Of a stretch of 64,000 nucleotides of DNA, positions 1-16,210 are shown piece by piece. Position numbers and translations under genes: made by a program. The notes beneath the pieces were generated by a model, which was given only the letters and a program-made list of their open reading frames with translations, was not told the origin of the DNA and ran no database searches. The stretch covers positions 251,472,001-251,536,000 of the forward strand of contig OZ024741.1 of NCBI GenBank assembly GCA_964016885.1, read 5' to 3'. The stretch comes from Eledone cirrhosa. Lineage: Eukaryota. Position 1 is the first letter of the stretch. Each line of letters begins with the position of its first letter.

Positions 1-30
1 TGCGTGACTGGTACTTTATTTTATCGACTA

Positions 31-812
31 TCTATATATATAAAACAGAGGATGTCTGTGTGTCTGTTTCCCTAAAACTCGAGAAGTACCCAGCGGGTTT
101 TTTTCAAACTTTATACATGTAACTCGTATGACCCCGGAAGTGTTTTGAGCAAAAAAAATTCAAATTTTTAACCGCATTAGGCGATTTAGCGATCTCTTTC
201 TCTTTCTCTTAGTCTTTCTCTTTTTAGATAGATACATAGATATGACGTCGCGCCTTCATAATATCTGTCTGTATGCCTGACTGTCTGCATTACGTCATTA
301 TGACGCGATCAGTGTGTGTGTGTATATATATTCTTATGCCAGGGAACGTCTTCACGAACCAAAGTATCGTCTTCCTGTTTTCCAGATTGATTTTTTTAGT
401 TTAAGAAGATCCCATTAAGGTTGAAAGCAGCGATTCTTTGCTTAAACATTAATATGTTATTTTAATATAGATATTCGTGTACAGATATTTTTGCATACAC
501 AAAAACAAAATATAAACAAACAAGGCCAAAGATTACATCAATTAGTCTTAGTGTATGTACTTCATACTGCTTTTAGGTAGAATATCCCGTTAAGGGTGAA
601 AGCAGTGATTCTTTGCTTAAACTTTAGTCTGTTATTTTAATATATATATATATATATATATAATTATATATTTATGGACAGATATTTTTGCATACACAAT
701 AACAAAATATAAACAAACGTATTTATTTCACGATATTCGATAAGGATAAATATATATCAAATATATAAGAACCCTATGGCAAATCCCGAGCAACGCCGGG
801 CCATTCTGCTAG
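31..812 (+). mobile_element. Non-autonomous Helitron
   Basis: Starts A|TCTATATATATAAA. Ends with GC hairpin CCCGAGC-AAC-GCCGGG (785-800) then CTAG|T (809-813). Internal direct duplication (~408-520 vs ~585-718). Internal sequence is similar to the Helitron at 47183. Confidence 0.85.
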
Positions 813-820
813 TAAAATAT

Positions 821-1004
821 ATAATTGTTTCTACTTTTGGCACAAGGCCAGCAATTACCTAATACATTACTGGTACTTTATTTTATCGACCCCGTAAGGA
901 TGAAAGGCAAAGTTAACCTCGGCGGGATTTGAACTCAGAATGGCAAGGACCGTAACTCTATGCGTATAACGTCAGACCCTCTACCGATACTGCCAATCCA
1001 CCGC
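821..1004 (-). mobile_element. tRNA-derived SINE family A (Meta/Sauria-like central domain)
   Basis: Reverse complement of the copy at 46993-47178: B box GAGTTCAAATCC, core AACTTTGCCTTTCATCCTTACGGGGTCGATAAAATAAAGTACCAG, tail GTAGAAACAATTAT. Confidence 0.85.
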
Positions 1005-1104
1005 ATAATATTATGTATATAGATATAAGAAGGGATGGAATTCCCGCCACCACCAATTCTGATTTGTGGAGTCTGTTCCGTCTTTAGCCAACACCACCAC
1101 ACCA

Positions 1105-1420
1105 TGTTGTTGTTGTTGTTGGATTTCCATCTGTTCAGACGATGACTGCTTTAGTTGTTTGATCAGCGGAACAGCCTGCTCATGAAATTAACGCACAAGT
1201 GACACATATACCCTTAATGTATATCTCAGGAAGATCCAGCCTGAGAGAATGTTTGACAAGGCCGGTCCGTTGAACTACAGGTATAATTAAGTAATTTTTG
1301 CCAGGTGAGTAGACTAAACAAATGTAAAATAAAGTGTCTTGCTCAAGAAGGCAATGCATCGTTGGGAAGGAATTAAAATCACAATTGAATATCTCAACAG
1401 GTAAAACGTGAACCTTCACA
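1105..1420 (-). mobile_element. CORE-like SINE family C, degenerate
   Basis: Has AAATAAAGTGTCTTGCTCAAG (CORE-like) and GAACAGCCTGCTCATGAAATT, shared with 49900-50180 and 27885-28250. Confidence 0.65.
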
Positions 1421-2051
1421 CCCAGGGCCGGATTTAATAGGGGGGGGGGGGGCAATTGCCCCGAGACCCTGCAGTGGGGCGTCCCACCAGCGACGTCCGT
1501 AGTAATTTATTTGTGCCCTCAGCTGGGCTCTTTAGTTTTAGGATCGTTAGAATTTTTTAATGTAATACCTGTATGTATAACTTTTCAATTCCAATTACTT
1601 TCGCTCAGGTACCTTTGATATATAAAATTGCTGGGAGATTGCTGTATATTCTATTTTTTGCGTATGACCCCCCCCCCCCCCTTAACTCAAGGTCTAACTC
1701 CAGCCTTATTCCCATCACACCGAGACCTTTTATTATAAGCAAAAACAATCCTTCCATCAGATCTGTTGAGTCTTTTCTCTAGCTAAAACTGTTGCTGCAC
1801 CGTCCCTCACTCACCACCACTACCACCTGTTGCAGGCAGTGGGCGAGGCAACAGCTGAGGTGGGGGGGGGGGGGGGTAAATATAAAAAGGTGGGTCTGAC
1901 AGGAATATGAACTACTATAAGCTTTACATCTTAAAGTTACATAGGGCGAAAATCAGGTACGACAAATCAATTCTATAAATGGTAGCACAAGATTTTGCAA
2001 TAAGTAGCTGATTGTATTATAAAGTAACTCAAAACGAACATTTGCTAGTAA

Positions 2052-2143
<92 letters not shown>

Positions 2144-2177
2144 GTGTGTCTATGTGTATATTATATATATATATATA

Positions 2178-2261
2178 CAGGGTGTCCAAAAAAAATGTAT
2201 ACACACGACAACAGCATTCTAATAAATATTGCCTGTACAGGTAATGAAACTGTATACCCTG
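2178..2261. mobile_element. Tc1/mariner-type MITE, internally deleted
   Basis: TA|CAGGGTGTCC...ACCCTG. Internal sequence matches 4868-4971. Confidence 0.6.
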
Positions 2262-2465
2262 TGTGTATGTGTATATATACACATATATATATATATTTAT
2301 TTATATACACACAAACATGCATACATATGAGTTACACACATACATACATACACACATGCATACATACATACATACATACATACATACATACATACATACA
2401 TACATGATGATGATGGCTGCCCCCTCGTTATCGTGTATGGCCATTGCATGATATTCCATTATTAA

Positions 2466-2559
2466 TAATTGTTTCTACTTTTGGCACAAGGCCAGCAATT
2501 ATCCCAGTACATTACTGGTACTTTATTTTATCGACCCCGTAAGGATGAAAGGCAAAGTT
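2466..2559 (-). mobile_element. SINE family A, 3' fragment
   Basis: Matches the tail and core of family A. Confidence 0.8.
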
Positions 2560-2694
2560 TTCGAAAGATTGTGCACTGAGCCAATCCCACTCTCTGAGCG
2601 ACAGTAGCTATAACCCGAAAAGAAGAAAAGATCAACATCATCGGTAACTACTGAGCCGCCGGTTTTATATCGGAGATATCCCAGTTTCCTGATG

Positions 2695-2701
2695 ACATAC
2701 A

Positions 2702-2733
<32 letters not shown>

Positions 2734-2807
2734 CATACATACATACATACATATACATATATACATACATACATATACATACATACATACATACATACAT
2801 ACATACA

Positions 2808-2839
<32 letters not shown>

Positions 2840-3101
2840 CATACATACATACATACATATACATATATACATACATACATATACATACATACATACATAC
2901 ATACATACATACATACATACATACATACATACATACATACACATACATACAGAAGAAAAGATCAACATCATCGGTAACTACTGAGCCGCCGGTTTTATAT
3001 CGGAGATATCCCAGTTTCCTGATGACATACATACATACATACATACATATACATACATACATACATACATATACATATATACATACATACATATACATAC
3101 A

Positions 3102-3135
<34 letters not shown>

Positions 3136-3351
3136 CATACATACATATACATACATACATACATACATACATATACATACATACATACATACATACATAC
3201 ATACATACATACATACATACATACATACATACACATACATACAGAAGAAAAGATCAACATCATCGGTAACATATATACATACATACATATACATACATAC
3301 ATACATATATACATACATACATATACATACTTACATACCTACATACATACA

Positions 3352-3383
<32 letters not shown>

Positions 3384-3439
3384 CATACATACATACATAC
3401 ATACATACATACATACATACACATACATACATACATACA

Positions 3440-3470
<31 letters not shown>

Positions 3471-3620
3471 GGTGGCTGCCAACTCGTCTTCGAGTACGGC
3501 CACTACTTTATATCCATGTAGGAGAACCCCTACCGATACGCTGAACGAGTATATATACATATACATACATACATATACATACATACTTACATACATACAT
3601 ACATACATATACATACATAC

Positions 3621-3651
<31 letters not shown>

Positions 3652-3656
3652 CATAC

Positions 3657-3687
<31 letters not shown>

Positions 3688-3692
3688 CATAC

Positions 3693-3723
<31 letters not shown>

Positions 3724-3770
3724 CATACATACATACATACACATACATACATACATACATACATACATAC

Positions 3771-3815
<45 letters not shown>

Positions 3816-3840
3816 CATACATACTTACATACCTACATAC

Positions 3841-3871
<31 letters not shown>

Positions 3872-3902
3872 CATACATACATACATACATACATACATAC
3901 AT
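2695..3902. repeat. (TACA)n microsatellite with embedded duplicated fragments of an unclassified repeat
   Basis: Long ATAC run. AGAAGAAAAGATCAACATCATCGGTAAC recurs at ~2621, ~2951 and ~3243. Confidence 0.95.
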
Positions 3903-4013
3903 TTATATATAAGAATTAAAATACTAGAGTGTGTTGGAGTTAAACACCCTCTTCATATTATAGAAATGACAGTATAAGATATAGCTCAATGTAATTAAAC
4001 AGAGCCGAAGAAT

Positions 4014-4057
<44 letters not shown>

Positions 4058-4441
4058 ATAATGTATGTATAGAAAGAGAAAAGAATAAGAAAGGTGTTTC
4101 CATATCGAACAACCATGTCCAACTATTAATATACAGGTCAGTAGCTATACATGCACACAGATTCAAGGTAAGTTTTACTAATGTGTCATTATGTATAGAC
4201 ACTTACCTATATACGTACGTACAGAGATATATACATACATAAGGTCGTATACAGACACTCACAACGCACACATACATATACATACACTCTACTCATAAGT
4301 ATATATGAATTATATATACATATACAAGAATGTATTGTGTATAAAAGTGAAACTAATAAAATGCTGAGGTTACTCTTTTTTCATCTCTCTTTCTCTCTTT
4401 CTCTCCCTAAATGTATAGATGTAGAGACATGTATGTATAAA

Positions 4442-4482
<41 letters not shown>

Positions 4483-4487
<5 letters not shown>

Positions 4488-4767
4488 TAACAAATGGAAA
4501 CTATATATATAAAACCATATTTATTCTATTATACATATTTCAAGGACCACCAAGGCAAATTATGGTGCGCTTTCATCAAATACTATCCAGGAAGCTCCAA
4601 CCGTTAAGGTTGTCTTTTTTCAGGGTATGTCAATATTTATTTATAAAACAAATCTGTATTGTATTTTATCTGATGAGAGCGCACCATAATTTGCCTTGGT
4701 GGCCCTTGAAATATGTATAATAGAATAAATATGGTTTTATAAATATAGTTTCCATTTGTTAATATAT
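4483..4767. mobile_element. HHR-bearing inverted-repeat element (Penelope-pLTR-like)
   Basis: Inverted arms of ~100 bp around an ~80 bp spacer, next to (TA)n. Arms and spacer are homologous to 39721-40014 in opposite orientation. Confidence 0.75.
4662..4727 (+). ncRNA. Type I minimal hammerhead ribozyme (Penelope-pLTR-like)
   Basis: Stem I TATTTTAT(4662-69)/ATAGAATA(4720-27); CTGATGA 4670-76; imperfect stem II GAGCGCACCA...TGGTGGCCCTT; GAAA 4708-11; near-palindromic stem III TATGTA; AUA cleavage triplet 4717-19. Confidence 0.75.
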
Positions 4768-4867
4768 CGTATTTGTTGAGTGCTTTATATCAGTTATAAA
4801 AATGTTTAAGCTTGTTGAATCCCAACAAATTAAATATAACCTCTGCATATATATATATATATATATA

Positions 4868-4971
4868 CAGGGCCCCGCTCAAAAAATTGCATACACACTT
4901 CAACAGCAATCTAATAAATGTTTCTTGTACAGGTAATGAAAGTGTGAATACATTTTTGGGGGGATGCGCTA
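4868..4971. mobile_element. Tc1/mariner-type MITE
   Basis: TA-flanked, CAGGG... start with degenerate TIRs. Homologous to 2178-2261. Confidence 0.55.
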
Positions 4972-4998
4972 TATATATATATATAATAATAATAATAA

Positions 4999-5370
4999 TA
5001 ATTGTTTCTACTTTAGGCACAAGGCCAGCAATTATCCAGTGCATTACTGGTACTTTATTTTATCGACCCCGTAAGGATGAAAGGCAAAGTCAACCTCGGC
5101 GGGATTTGAACTCAGATCGTAAAGGGACGTAACTATGCTGGAAAGCATGGCGTCTGACCCTCTACCGATACTGCCAATCATAATAATAATTGTTTCTACT
5201 TTTGGCACAAGGCCAGCAATTACCCAGTACATTACTGGTACTTTATTTTATCGACCCCGTAAGGATGAAAGGCAAAGTTAACCTCAGCAGGATTTGAACT
5301 CAGAATGATAAGGGCCGTAACTCTATGCGTCAAAGCATGGCGTCCGACCCTCTACCGATACTGCCAATCC
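4999..5370 (-). mobile_element. Two tandem SINE family A copies (4999-5179, 5186-5370)
   Basis: Both match family A and each has an (AAT)n tail. Confidence 0.9.
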
Positions 5371-5635
5371 TTCATAATAATAATGATAATAAATAAAAGA
5401 CAGTCACTTTAGTCCATCCCTATTTATTTTATTATACGTATTTCGAAGAAATATATATATATATATATATAGGAAAATGTTCAAGACCCCGACGGCAGAG
5501 CTCAAGCCGTTTCGACGGCTATTTCTGGACTCAACAGTTACCCACTCTACTACCCTAAGTATTGGGTACTCTGGTGCGTTATGGTCCATTTGGTTCCTTA
5601 CCACACTTCCTTCCTTATATATATATATATATATT

Positions 5636-6100
<465 letters not shown>

Positions 6101-6463
6101 TGTATGTTTGTGTGTCTGCGTGTGTGAACTTTCCACCTCCAACAGCCAGTTACGATGTTACAATGTATGATATCCCAACTGCAATTGACTAATACACATA
6201 CGTTTGATTAAGTATACATTAACACATATATAGATGCAGGCATACATTCGTATATACATAAAGGCATACATTATGCATACATTTATGCGTACATACATGC
6301 ATAATACACATACATACATACATACATACATACATACATACATACATACATACATACATACATACATACATAGACATGCTCACATATATATACATACATA
6401 CAAATATACTTATATACATACATAAATACATAAATACGTACATACACACATAGATAAATATAT

Positions 6464-6800
6464 GGTGGCTGCCAACTCGTTTTCGAGTACGGCCACTACT
6501 TTATATCCATGTAGGAGAACCCTTACCGATGCGCTGAACGAGTGTGACTTTTTAGTCCAGCCAGCGACTTGAAAACTCTGGGACAAACACTACACTTGTG
6601 ACAATTATTGACACATAGTGCTGGGCCCATGGTACCATGTGATGACAAGTGCAGAGAGATCTCCAGATATAAAGCAATGCCTGTGCCGTGAAGCTCTTAT
6701 AGTGAGCAAAGGCACTGCACAAAGCCAGTCCCACTCTCTTAACCAAGATGATATTTACCAAAAAGAAGAACAAGTCAACATCATTGGATACCATCAGGAG
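6464..6800. mobile_element. Unclassified interspersed repeat associated with (TACA)n
   Basis: First ~80 nt are nearly identical to 3471-3550. The 3' part resembles 2570-2650. Confidence 0.6.
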
Positions 6801-7706
6801 ATAAATATATACATACATACAGTCATAGACACACACATACGCACATAAACACACACACTACCTCAGAGAAGTGAAACATTTTTGCAAAATATAAATTATT
6901 AAAATGAGCGCTATATCTTGTGTGTGTAAGTGTATGTATATGCATGCATGCATGTATATGATGAGGCATTATATATATGTATATATGTATTTATGGATAT
7001 GCATACATCTATGTATGCACGTATGTATGTATGTATGTATGTAAGTATGTATGTATGCAGGTATGTATTTAGGTATGTATGTATAGGTATGGAGCGTATC
7101 TTATATGCATGTATGTGTAGGAATGTATGTATGCATGTATGTATACAAATATATATATATATGTGTGTACATCTGTATTTATGTATCATGCATTTGTATA
7201 TGCATGTATGTATGTATTTATGAATGTATGTATATATTTATGTATGTATATATTTATCTATGTATGTATGCACTTATTTATGTATGTGTGTGTATGTATG
7301 TATATGTATGTATGTATGTATGTGTACGTATGTATGTATATATGTATGTGTATGTATGTATATATGTATGTGTACGTTTGTATGTATGTATGTATGTATG
7401 TATGTATGTATGTATGTATGTATGTATGTATGTATGCATCTATGTATGTGTACGTTTGTATGTATGTATGTATACGTATGTATATATGTATGTGTACGTG
7501 TGTATGTATGTGTACGTATATATGTACCTTGCTTAAGATGTTTGAGTTGAAAATGTAATACGTAAGATTTGACACTGTACCCACCCGGCTGTCGAAGGTG
7601 TGTGTGACAATAGAGAGAGAGGAGGGTGAAGGGAATGGGTCAGAGAGAGAGGGGGAGAGAGATAGAGAGCGAGAAGAGAGGGGAACACACCTGAGAGACA
7701 TATATA

Positions 7707-7788
<82 letters not shown>

Positions 7789-8337
7789 CGAGAAGAGAGG
7801 GGAACACACCTGAGAGACATATATATCTATATATATAACTTGAATTTAACATATATATATATATATATATGTATATATGTGTATATATATATATATATGT
7901 GTATATATATATATATAGAGAGAGAGAGGGGGGGGGCTAGAATGAGAGAGGGGAGAGAGAGGGAGACAGAGAGGGTAAGAGAGAGAGGGGGAGAGGGAGA
8001 AAGAGAGAGAGAGAGAGAGACTCAACATAAATATTAACATATACTCCACCATGCTATGGGACTGTTGTACATACATACATATATACATACATAAATACAT
8101 ACATACATACATACATACATACATACATACATACATACATACATACATACATACATACATACTGATACAGACATATGGTGAAGACACGTACGCCGCCGCC
8201 TCCACTGTACATATGTATGACAACCCCCACCAACTTGTAATGGGACAGCTACAATACACATATATTACACCATTCCTTCCTCCAGGAAGCTATTGTGCTG
8301 TTCCAGTACACACGTACACACAGATGGATGGTTGGAT

Positions 8338-8427
<90 letters not shown>

Positions 8428-8811
8428 ATTGATATATATATATATACACACACATAGATGGATGGATGTATAGATAGATAAATAGATGGATAAATAGGCA
8501 GACAGACAGGCAGGCAGGCAGACAGACAGAGAGGCAGACAGACAGATAGATAGGTAGATAAATAGAGAGACAGCTAGGCTGACAGGTTAATAGATAGATA
8601 GATATACCGACAAACAGACAGGCAGATAGAGAGATGGATGGATGGTTAGATGGATAAATGGACAGATAGATGGATTTATAGATAGATAGATAGATAGATG
8701 GATTGATTTATAGATAGATGGATGGATTTATAGATGGATAGATAGATAAATGGATGGGTGGATTTATGGCTAGCTAGATAGATGGGTGGAATAATGGATA
8801 GTAGATAGATA

Positions 8812-9049
8812 TTTTATTAGCCACAGGGGCACAAAAGAAGGGGACAAATACAAAGGGGGAAGTTTACATACAATAAAAACGTGTAAAATGCATTTTAAAA
8901 ATTAATCGATTTTCTCCAATAGGGGGAGACATTACATATGGGTAACACATACACCCGAAAAAATGTGCAACCCTCATCTCCAGGAGTACGAGAGAGTTTG
9001 TACCCCTTTCCTCTTTTTCCTCTTTTTCCTCAACCTACAGGCTGATATA
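8812..9049 (-). mobile_element. Tx1/L1-like LINE 3' UTR fragment in (GATA)n
   Basis: Highly similar to 54216-54472. Terminus TTTGTATTTGTCCC...TGGCTAATAAA is shared with the copy ending at 20712. Confidence 0.75.
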
Positions 9050-9317
9050 GATAGATAGATAGATAGATAGTGAGTATGTGGCGGGAGAGTGCTTAGATCT
9101 CCATCAAGCAATGGCGTAAATTCCATGTACATATATTCATCCTGATGTATAGACACACACACACTCACTCACACAAGCTCACACATACACAGACATACAT
9201 ATACACTATCCCCCATTAGTCAATGGAAGTAACAGTTGTTGCTTAAACACACACACACAAACACAGTGGCATATATAGTTATAACACTTCCTCCAACATA
9301 CATTAGTAGCAGATTCT

Positions 9318-9367
<50 letters not shown>

Positions 9368-9545
9368 CATACACACAATCACATACTCCCTCAAACAGAC
9401 TTTCTCAAAGACACACATGACCCACACTACAACTACTGACTTAAACGTCCAGACATATACACACATACATACATACATACACACATACACACATACATAC
9501 ATGCACACATACATACATACATGCACACATACATACATACATACA

Positions 9546-9577
<32 letters not shown>

Positions 9578-9601
9578 CATACATACATACATATACATAC
9601 A

Positions 9602-9633
<32 letters not shown>

Positions 9634-10464
9634 CATACATACATACATACATACATACATACATACTCCTCCATCCTGCAATGGGAAATGCACACATATA
9701 CCAATCCAGCATTAATCAATAGACATACACACACATACACACCGTCACACACACACAGCCACACAGCCACACGCGCACACATTATCCTCCAACATGCAAT
9801 AGGCACACACACACACACACACACACATATACGTGATATCCCTATTAAACAATAGTTTAATACACAAATACATATACAGAAACTCAATCAGGCAATACAT
9901 GCACACACAAACACAGGCACACACACAAGCACACACACACACACATACACACACACACGGGCACACACACACACACACACACGGGCACACACACACACAC
10001 ACAGACATACACACACACACGGGCACACACACACGGGCACACACACACACACACACACGTGATCTTCCATCAAGCAAGGGACACATGATCCTTCATCAGA
10101 GAATGCACGCAGATCCACACACACACTCACGTACACAGGCATACATATACACATATACACACACACAGATACATACACACTAATACACAGACTGACACAC
10201 ATGATCCTTCATCATATTTTACTCTACTAACCATATACACACACATATATAGGTCTGTATACACACATATATAGATTATCTTCCATCGGCCAGTTGACAC
10301 ACATTCACAAATACACATTCACTCACACACTCATACACATACACACATATACACATACACGCATACGCACACATTGCTTCAGCCATTAAACTATTCACAC
10401 GCACACACACATAACTGTCCTCCAGCAGCCAATTTATACACACACATATATATACACACACAGA

Positions 10465-10506
<42 letters not shown>

Positions 10507-10713
10507 GGAGGTGAGTTTTATTGTAGTACAATAAAGCAATGCAGATATCGGATAAGAAGCACTCTACAGTTTGTAGGACTGGAGTATAAAAAAAAATATA
10601 TATATATGTATATATACACTAGCCGCGATCAGCCATATATACACACATATATATATACACACGGATTCAGATATACATATATATATATACACTAGCCGCC
10701 ATCAGTCATATAT

Positions 10714-10766
<53 letters not shown>

Positions 10767-10948
10767 AGCATTACCAACACCCCACCCATATTCCGTGGAA
10801 CAATGGACACATATATATACACGCATACACACATATACCCACATACACACACACGCATATACACACACATTTATTTTAACCTCCATCAACCAGTTGATAT
10901 GCAGATATACATACATACATGCATACTTACATACATACATATACATAT

Positions 10949-11024
<76 letters not shown>

Positions 11025-11404
11025 CCATACACACACACTACTCCATAAGCAAATGGACATACACATATACATATCATATGCACCTACACCCACGCATCCA
11101 CTATTCCTCCATTAGCCAATTGGCACGCACACACATACACACACTATGGTCTATCAGCCTATTGACACATATATACATATACGCTATCCTTCATAAGCCA
11201 ATCGACACATGCATACACTATCCCCCATCAGCCAATGGACATACATAACGACGTTCACACAGATACATATATACATGTATACACATATAGACTGACAAAT
11301 ACACACATAGACTCATGCATACGCTATCCGCCATCATGTAATATAGATAGATAGATAGCTACAGTAGATGTTACTTAAATCCCACTGATACACACATAGA
11401 CACG

Positions 11405-11449
<45 letters not shown>

Positions 11450-11515
11450 TACTGTTTCATTCATATGAATGAAACAGTACTAGTCCTGTAGAAGCCTTTT
11501 CTACAGAAACTCATA

Positions 11516-11596
<81 letters not shown>

Positions 11597-11769
11597 AGAT
11601 GAAAAGATGGTTAAATGAGTTCCATGTATTTTATAATAAAATACATGGAACTCATTTAACCATCTTATATTGATCTTATATATTATGTATACTCCAGTCC
11701 TACAAACTGTAGAGTGCTTCTTATCCGATATCTGCATTGCTTTATTGTACTACAATAAAACTCACCTCC

Positions 11770-11804
<35 letters not shown>

Positions 11805-11805
<1 letters not shown>

Positions 11806-11974
11806 ATAATCCCGGGTTCAATTGGGGGTAGCCACAGACAGAAAGTAAGGTAGTCAATACATAGCAGAGTATAAATAGTTAATATAGAAATGGCTTCTAC
11901 AGGACTAGAACTGTTTCATTTGGGAGAAGATGATTTCTCCCGAATGAAACAGTTCTAGTCCTGTAGAAGCCATT

Positions 11975-11983
<9 letters not shown>
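11805..11983. mobile_element. Hairpin element with HHR 3' half (pLTR-like)
   Basis: Near-perfect ~50 bp arms over 11880-11983. Right arm reads GATGA-TTTCTCCCGAAT-GAAA-CAGTTCTA-GTC. Same family as 58327-58646. Confidence 0.6.
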
Positions 11984-12037
<54 letters not shown>

Positions 12038-12070
12038 AGTTCGTATAGAAAAGGCTTCTACAGGTTCATT

Positions 12071-12114
<44 letters not shown>

Positions 12115-12151
12115 AGTTCGTATAGAAAAGGATCTACAGGTTCATTGACAC

Positions 12152-12220
<69 letters not shown>

Positions 12221-12237
12221 AAATATATATATATATG

Positions 12238-12300
12238 CTGATGAAGCAGTGAGAAGCAGGTGAAACTCCAGAGTAACAAGTCTTTCTATTTAGTCTTAAT
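12238..12300 (+). ncRNA. 5'-truncated hammerhead ribozyme remnant
   Basis: CTGATGA 12238-44; GAAA 12262-65; stem III CTC-CA-GAG; GUA triplet. Stem I 5' strand is replaced by (TA)n and stem II is poor. Confidence 0.45.
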
Positions 12301-12303
12301 AAA

Positions 12304-12363
<60 letters not shown>

Positions 12364-12744
12364 GCTCAACACCCCAGCATTTAGGAGATGAGTAGTGGTG
12401 TTTGTGGTGGTGGTGGTGGTGGTGGTGGTGGTGGTGGTGGTGGTGGTGGTGGTATAGGGGAAGGGAGCAGTAGATTATAACAAACTATCAACCACTGTAC
12501 AACCACTGTACTTTGTCTTATCAAGACCAAGTCGTCCCATTGCAGGGTTCGAACTCACAACTTTGATGGCCATATCACAATAGAATACCACAAGACATCC
12601 TGTCCGTTGCTCTACCTACCCCTGCAATCACCACCACTACTACCATCACCAACACTACAAAACCAACAACAGCAACAATCAAGACTACTACTACTACTAC
12701 TACTACTACTACAGGGTACAGTGTACCTTATTGGCAGTGTTCAA

Positions 12745-14600
<1,856 letters not shown>

Positions 14601-15543
14601 CACATATCTAAGGCTTTACATGTATCTCACTATAGAACCATATATATAGACAGGGCTTGGGTGCATATATTGCTTATGTCAGCAATATTGGAAAATTGCA
14701 ACAGTAAGTGAAATATATGAAGTATGATGAAAGGGTTTCACCGGTCTAACAGGAAAGCTGTGGGAAAAACTGATGAATATCAGATCAATGTACGTAGACA
14801 GATAGATAAATAGACAGACAAACAAATCGAATCATACATAGGTAGGTGAACAGATAAAGGTAGATAGATGTAGTGTAGTATAATAAAAAGGGGGGGGGGG
14901 GTTAGGTTCTGTGGTCCTGTTAAGTAAGAGGGTTTGTTAGGATTATGAAGTGTTGTCAAAATGTGTTCCTACCTCCATAAAGCAGTCCATCTTTGATTAT
15001 TGTCACAGAAGATACATATCTGAAAAACTTCAATTCTAACTGCTTCTACGGTGTGACAACAACATTATTACTGTACAAGCATTGGTGCTGTTGTTGTTGT
15101 TGTTATTGGTGGTGGTGGTGGTGGTGGTGGTGTAGTGTTGGTGATGTAGTGGTGTAGTGCTGTTGGTAATGATGATGATGATGGTGGTGGTGGTGGTGGT
15201 GGTGTTGGCAGTGGTGGTGGTGGTGATGTTGGTGCTGTTCTCTGACTTCCCTGGTACACACGCAACACAGAGAGAGAAGGCAGTTGCAGACCTGCACCTC
15301 TAGCATTTAGTCTGTGCATGTGAAAAAGCAAGTGAGGTGGTTGTGGTGTAGAGCAGTGATAGTGGTGGTGGTGGTGGCGGAGGCGGCAGTGGCGGTGGTG
15401 GCAGTGTTTGTATAGTGGTTGTGTCGTGTGCATATATGCATGTCAGTGTAGAAGGCAGACCAGCTGCATTGAAGGTTTCTATGGAGCTGAGTGTGCTGTT
15501 GGTTCTTAAGCCATCATGGCTGCTTGTCTTTTATGTGTCTGTG

Positions 15544-16043
15544 TGTTTGTCTCAACAGCATGTTTCTCTCTATAGCCATATATACACACGTGTGTATGTG
15601 TATATATATATATATGTATATGTGTTTGTCTCAACAGCATGTTTCTCTCTATGGCCATATATACACACGTGTGTATCTGTTTATGTGTATATATGTATAT
15701 GTCTGTGTTTATCTCAACAGCATGTTTCTCTCTATGGTCATAGCCACACATATCTGTGTATGTGTTTATATGTGTATATATATATGTGTGTGTGTTTATC
15801 TCAACAGCATGTTTCTCTCTATGGTCATAGCCACACATATCTGTGTATGTGTTTATATGTATATATATGTGTGTGTGTGTTTGTCTCAACAGCATGTTTC
15901 TCTCTATAGCCATAGCCACACATATCTGTGTATGTGTTTATATGTTTATATGTGTATATATATATGTGTGTGTGTGTTTGTCTCAACAGCATGTTTCTCT
16001 CTATAGCCATAGCCACACATATCTGTGTATGTGTTTATATGTG

Positions 16044-16074
<31 letters not shown>

Positions 16075-16210
16075 TTGTCTCAACAGCATGTTTCTCTCTA
16101 TAGCCATATATACACACGTGTGTATGTGTTTATATGTATGTATATATATATGTGTGTGTGTGTGTGTGTTTGTCTCAACAGCATGTTTCTCTCTATAGCC
16201 ACACATGTGT
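15544..16210. repeat. Compound minisatellite: 8 copies of GTTTGTCTCAACAGCATGTTTCTCTCTATAGCCA with microsatellite spacers
   Basis: Copies near 15544, 15622, 15705, 15793, 15878, 15975, 16072 and 16167. Confidence 0.9.

Noticed and set aside
1423-1560. hAT-like terminus CAGGGCCGGATTTA
   Set aside because: No matching second TIR or TSD found nearby.
5495-5540. Minus-strand CTGTTGA...GTC-GAAA-CGG
   Set aside because: Core is mutated and stems I-III are not convincing.
15544-16210. CRISPR-like repeat-spacer pattern
   Set aside because: Spacers are related low-complexity TA/TG sequence, there are no cas genes, and the context is eukaryotic. It is a minisatellite.
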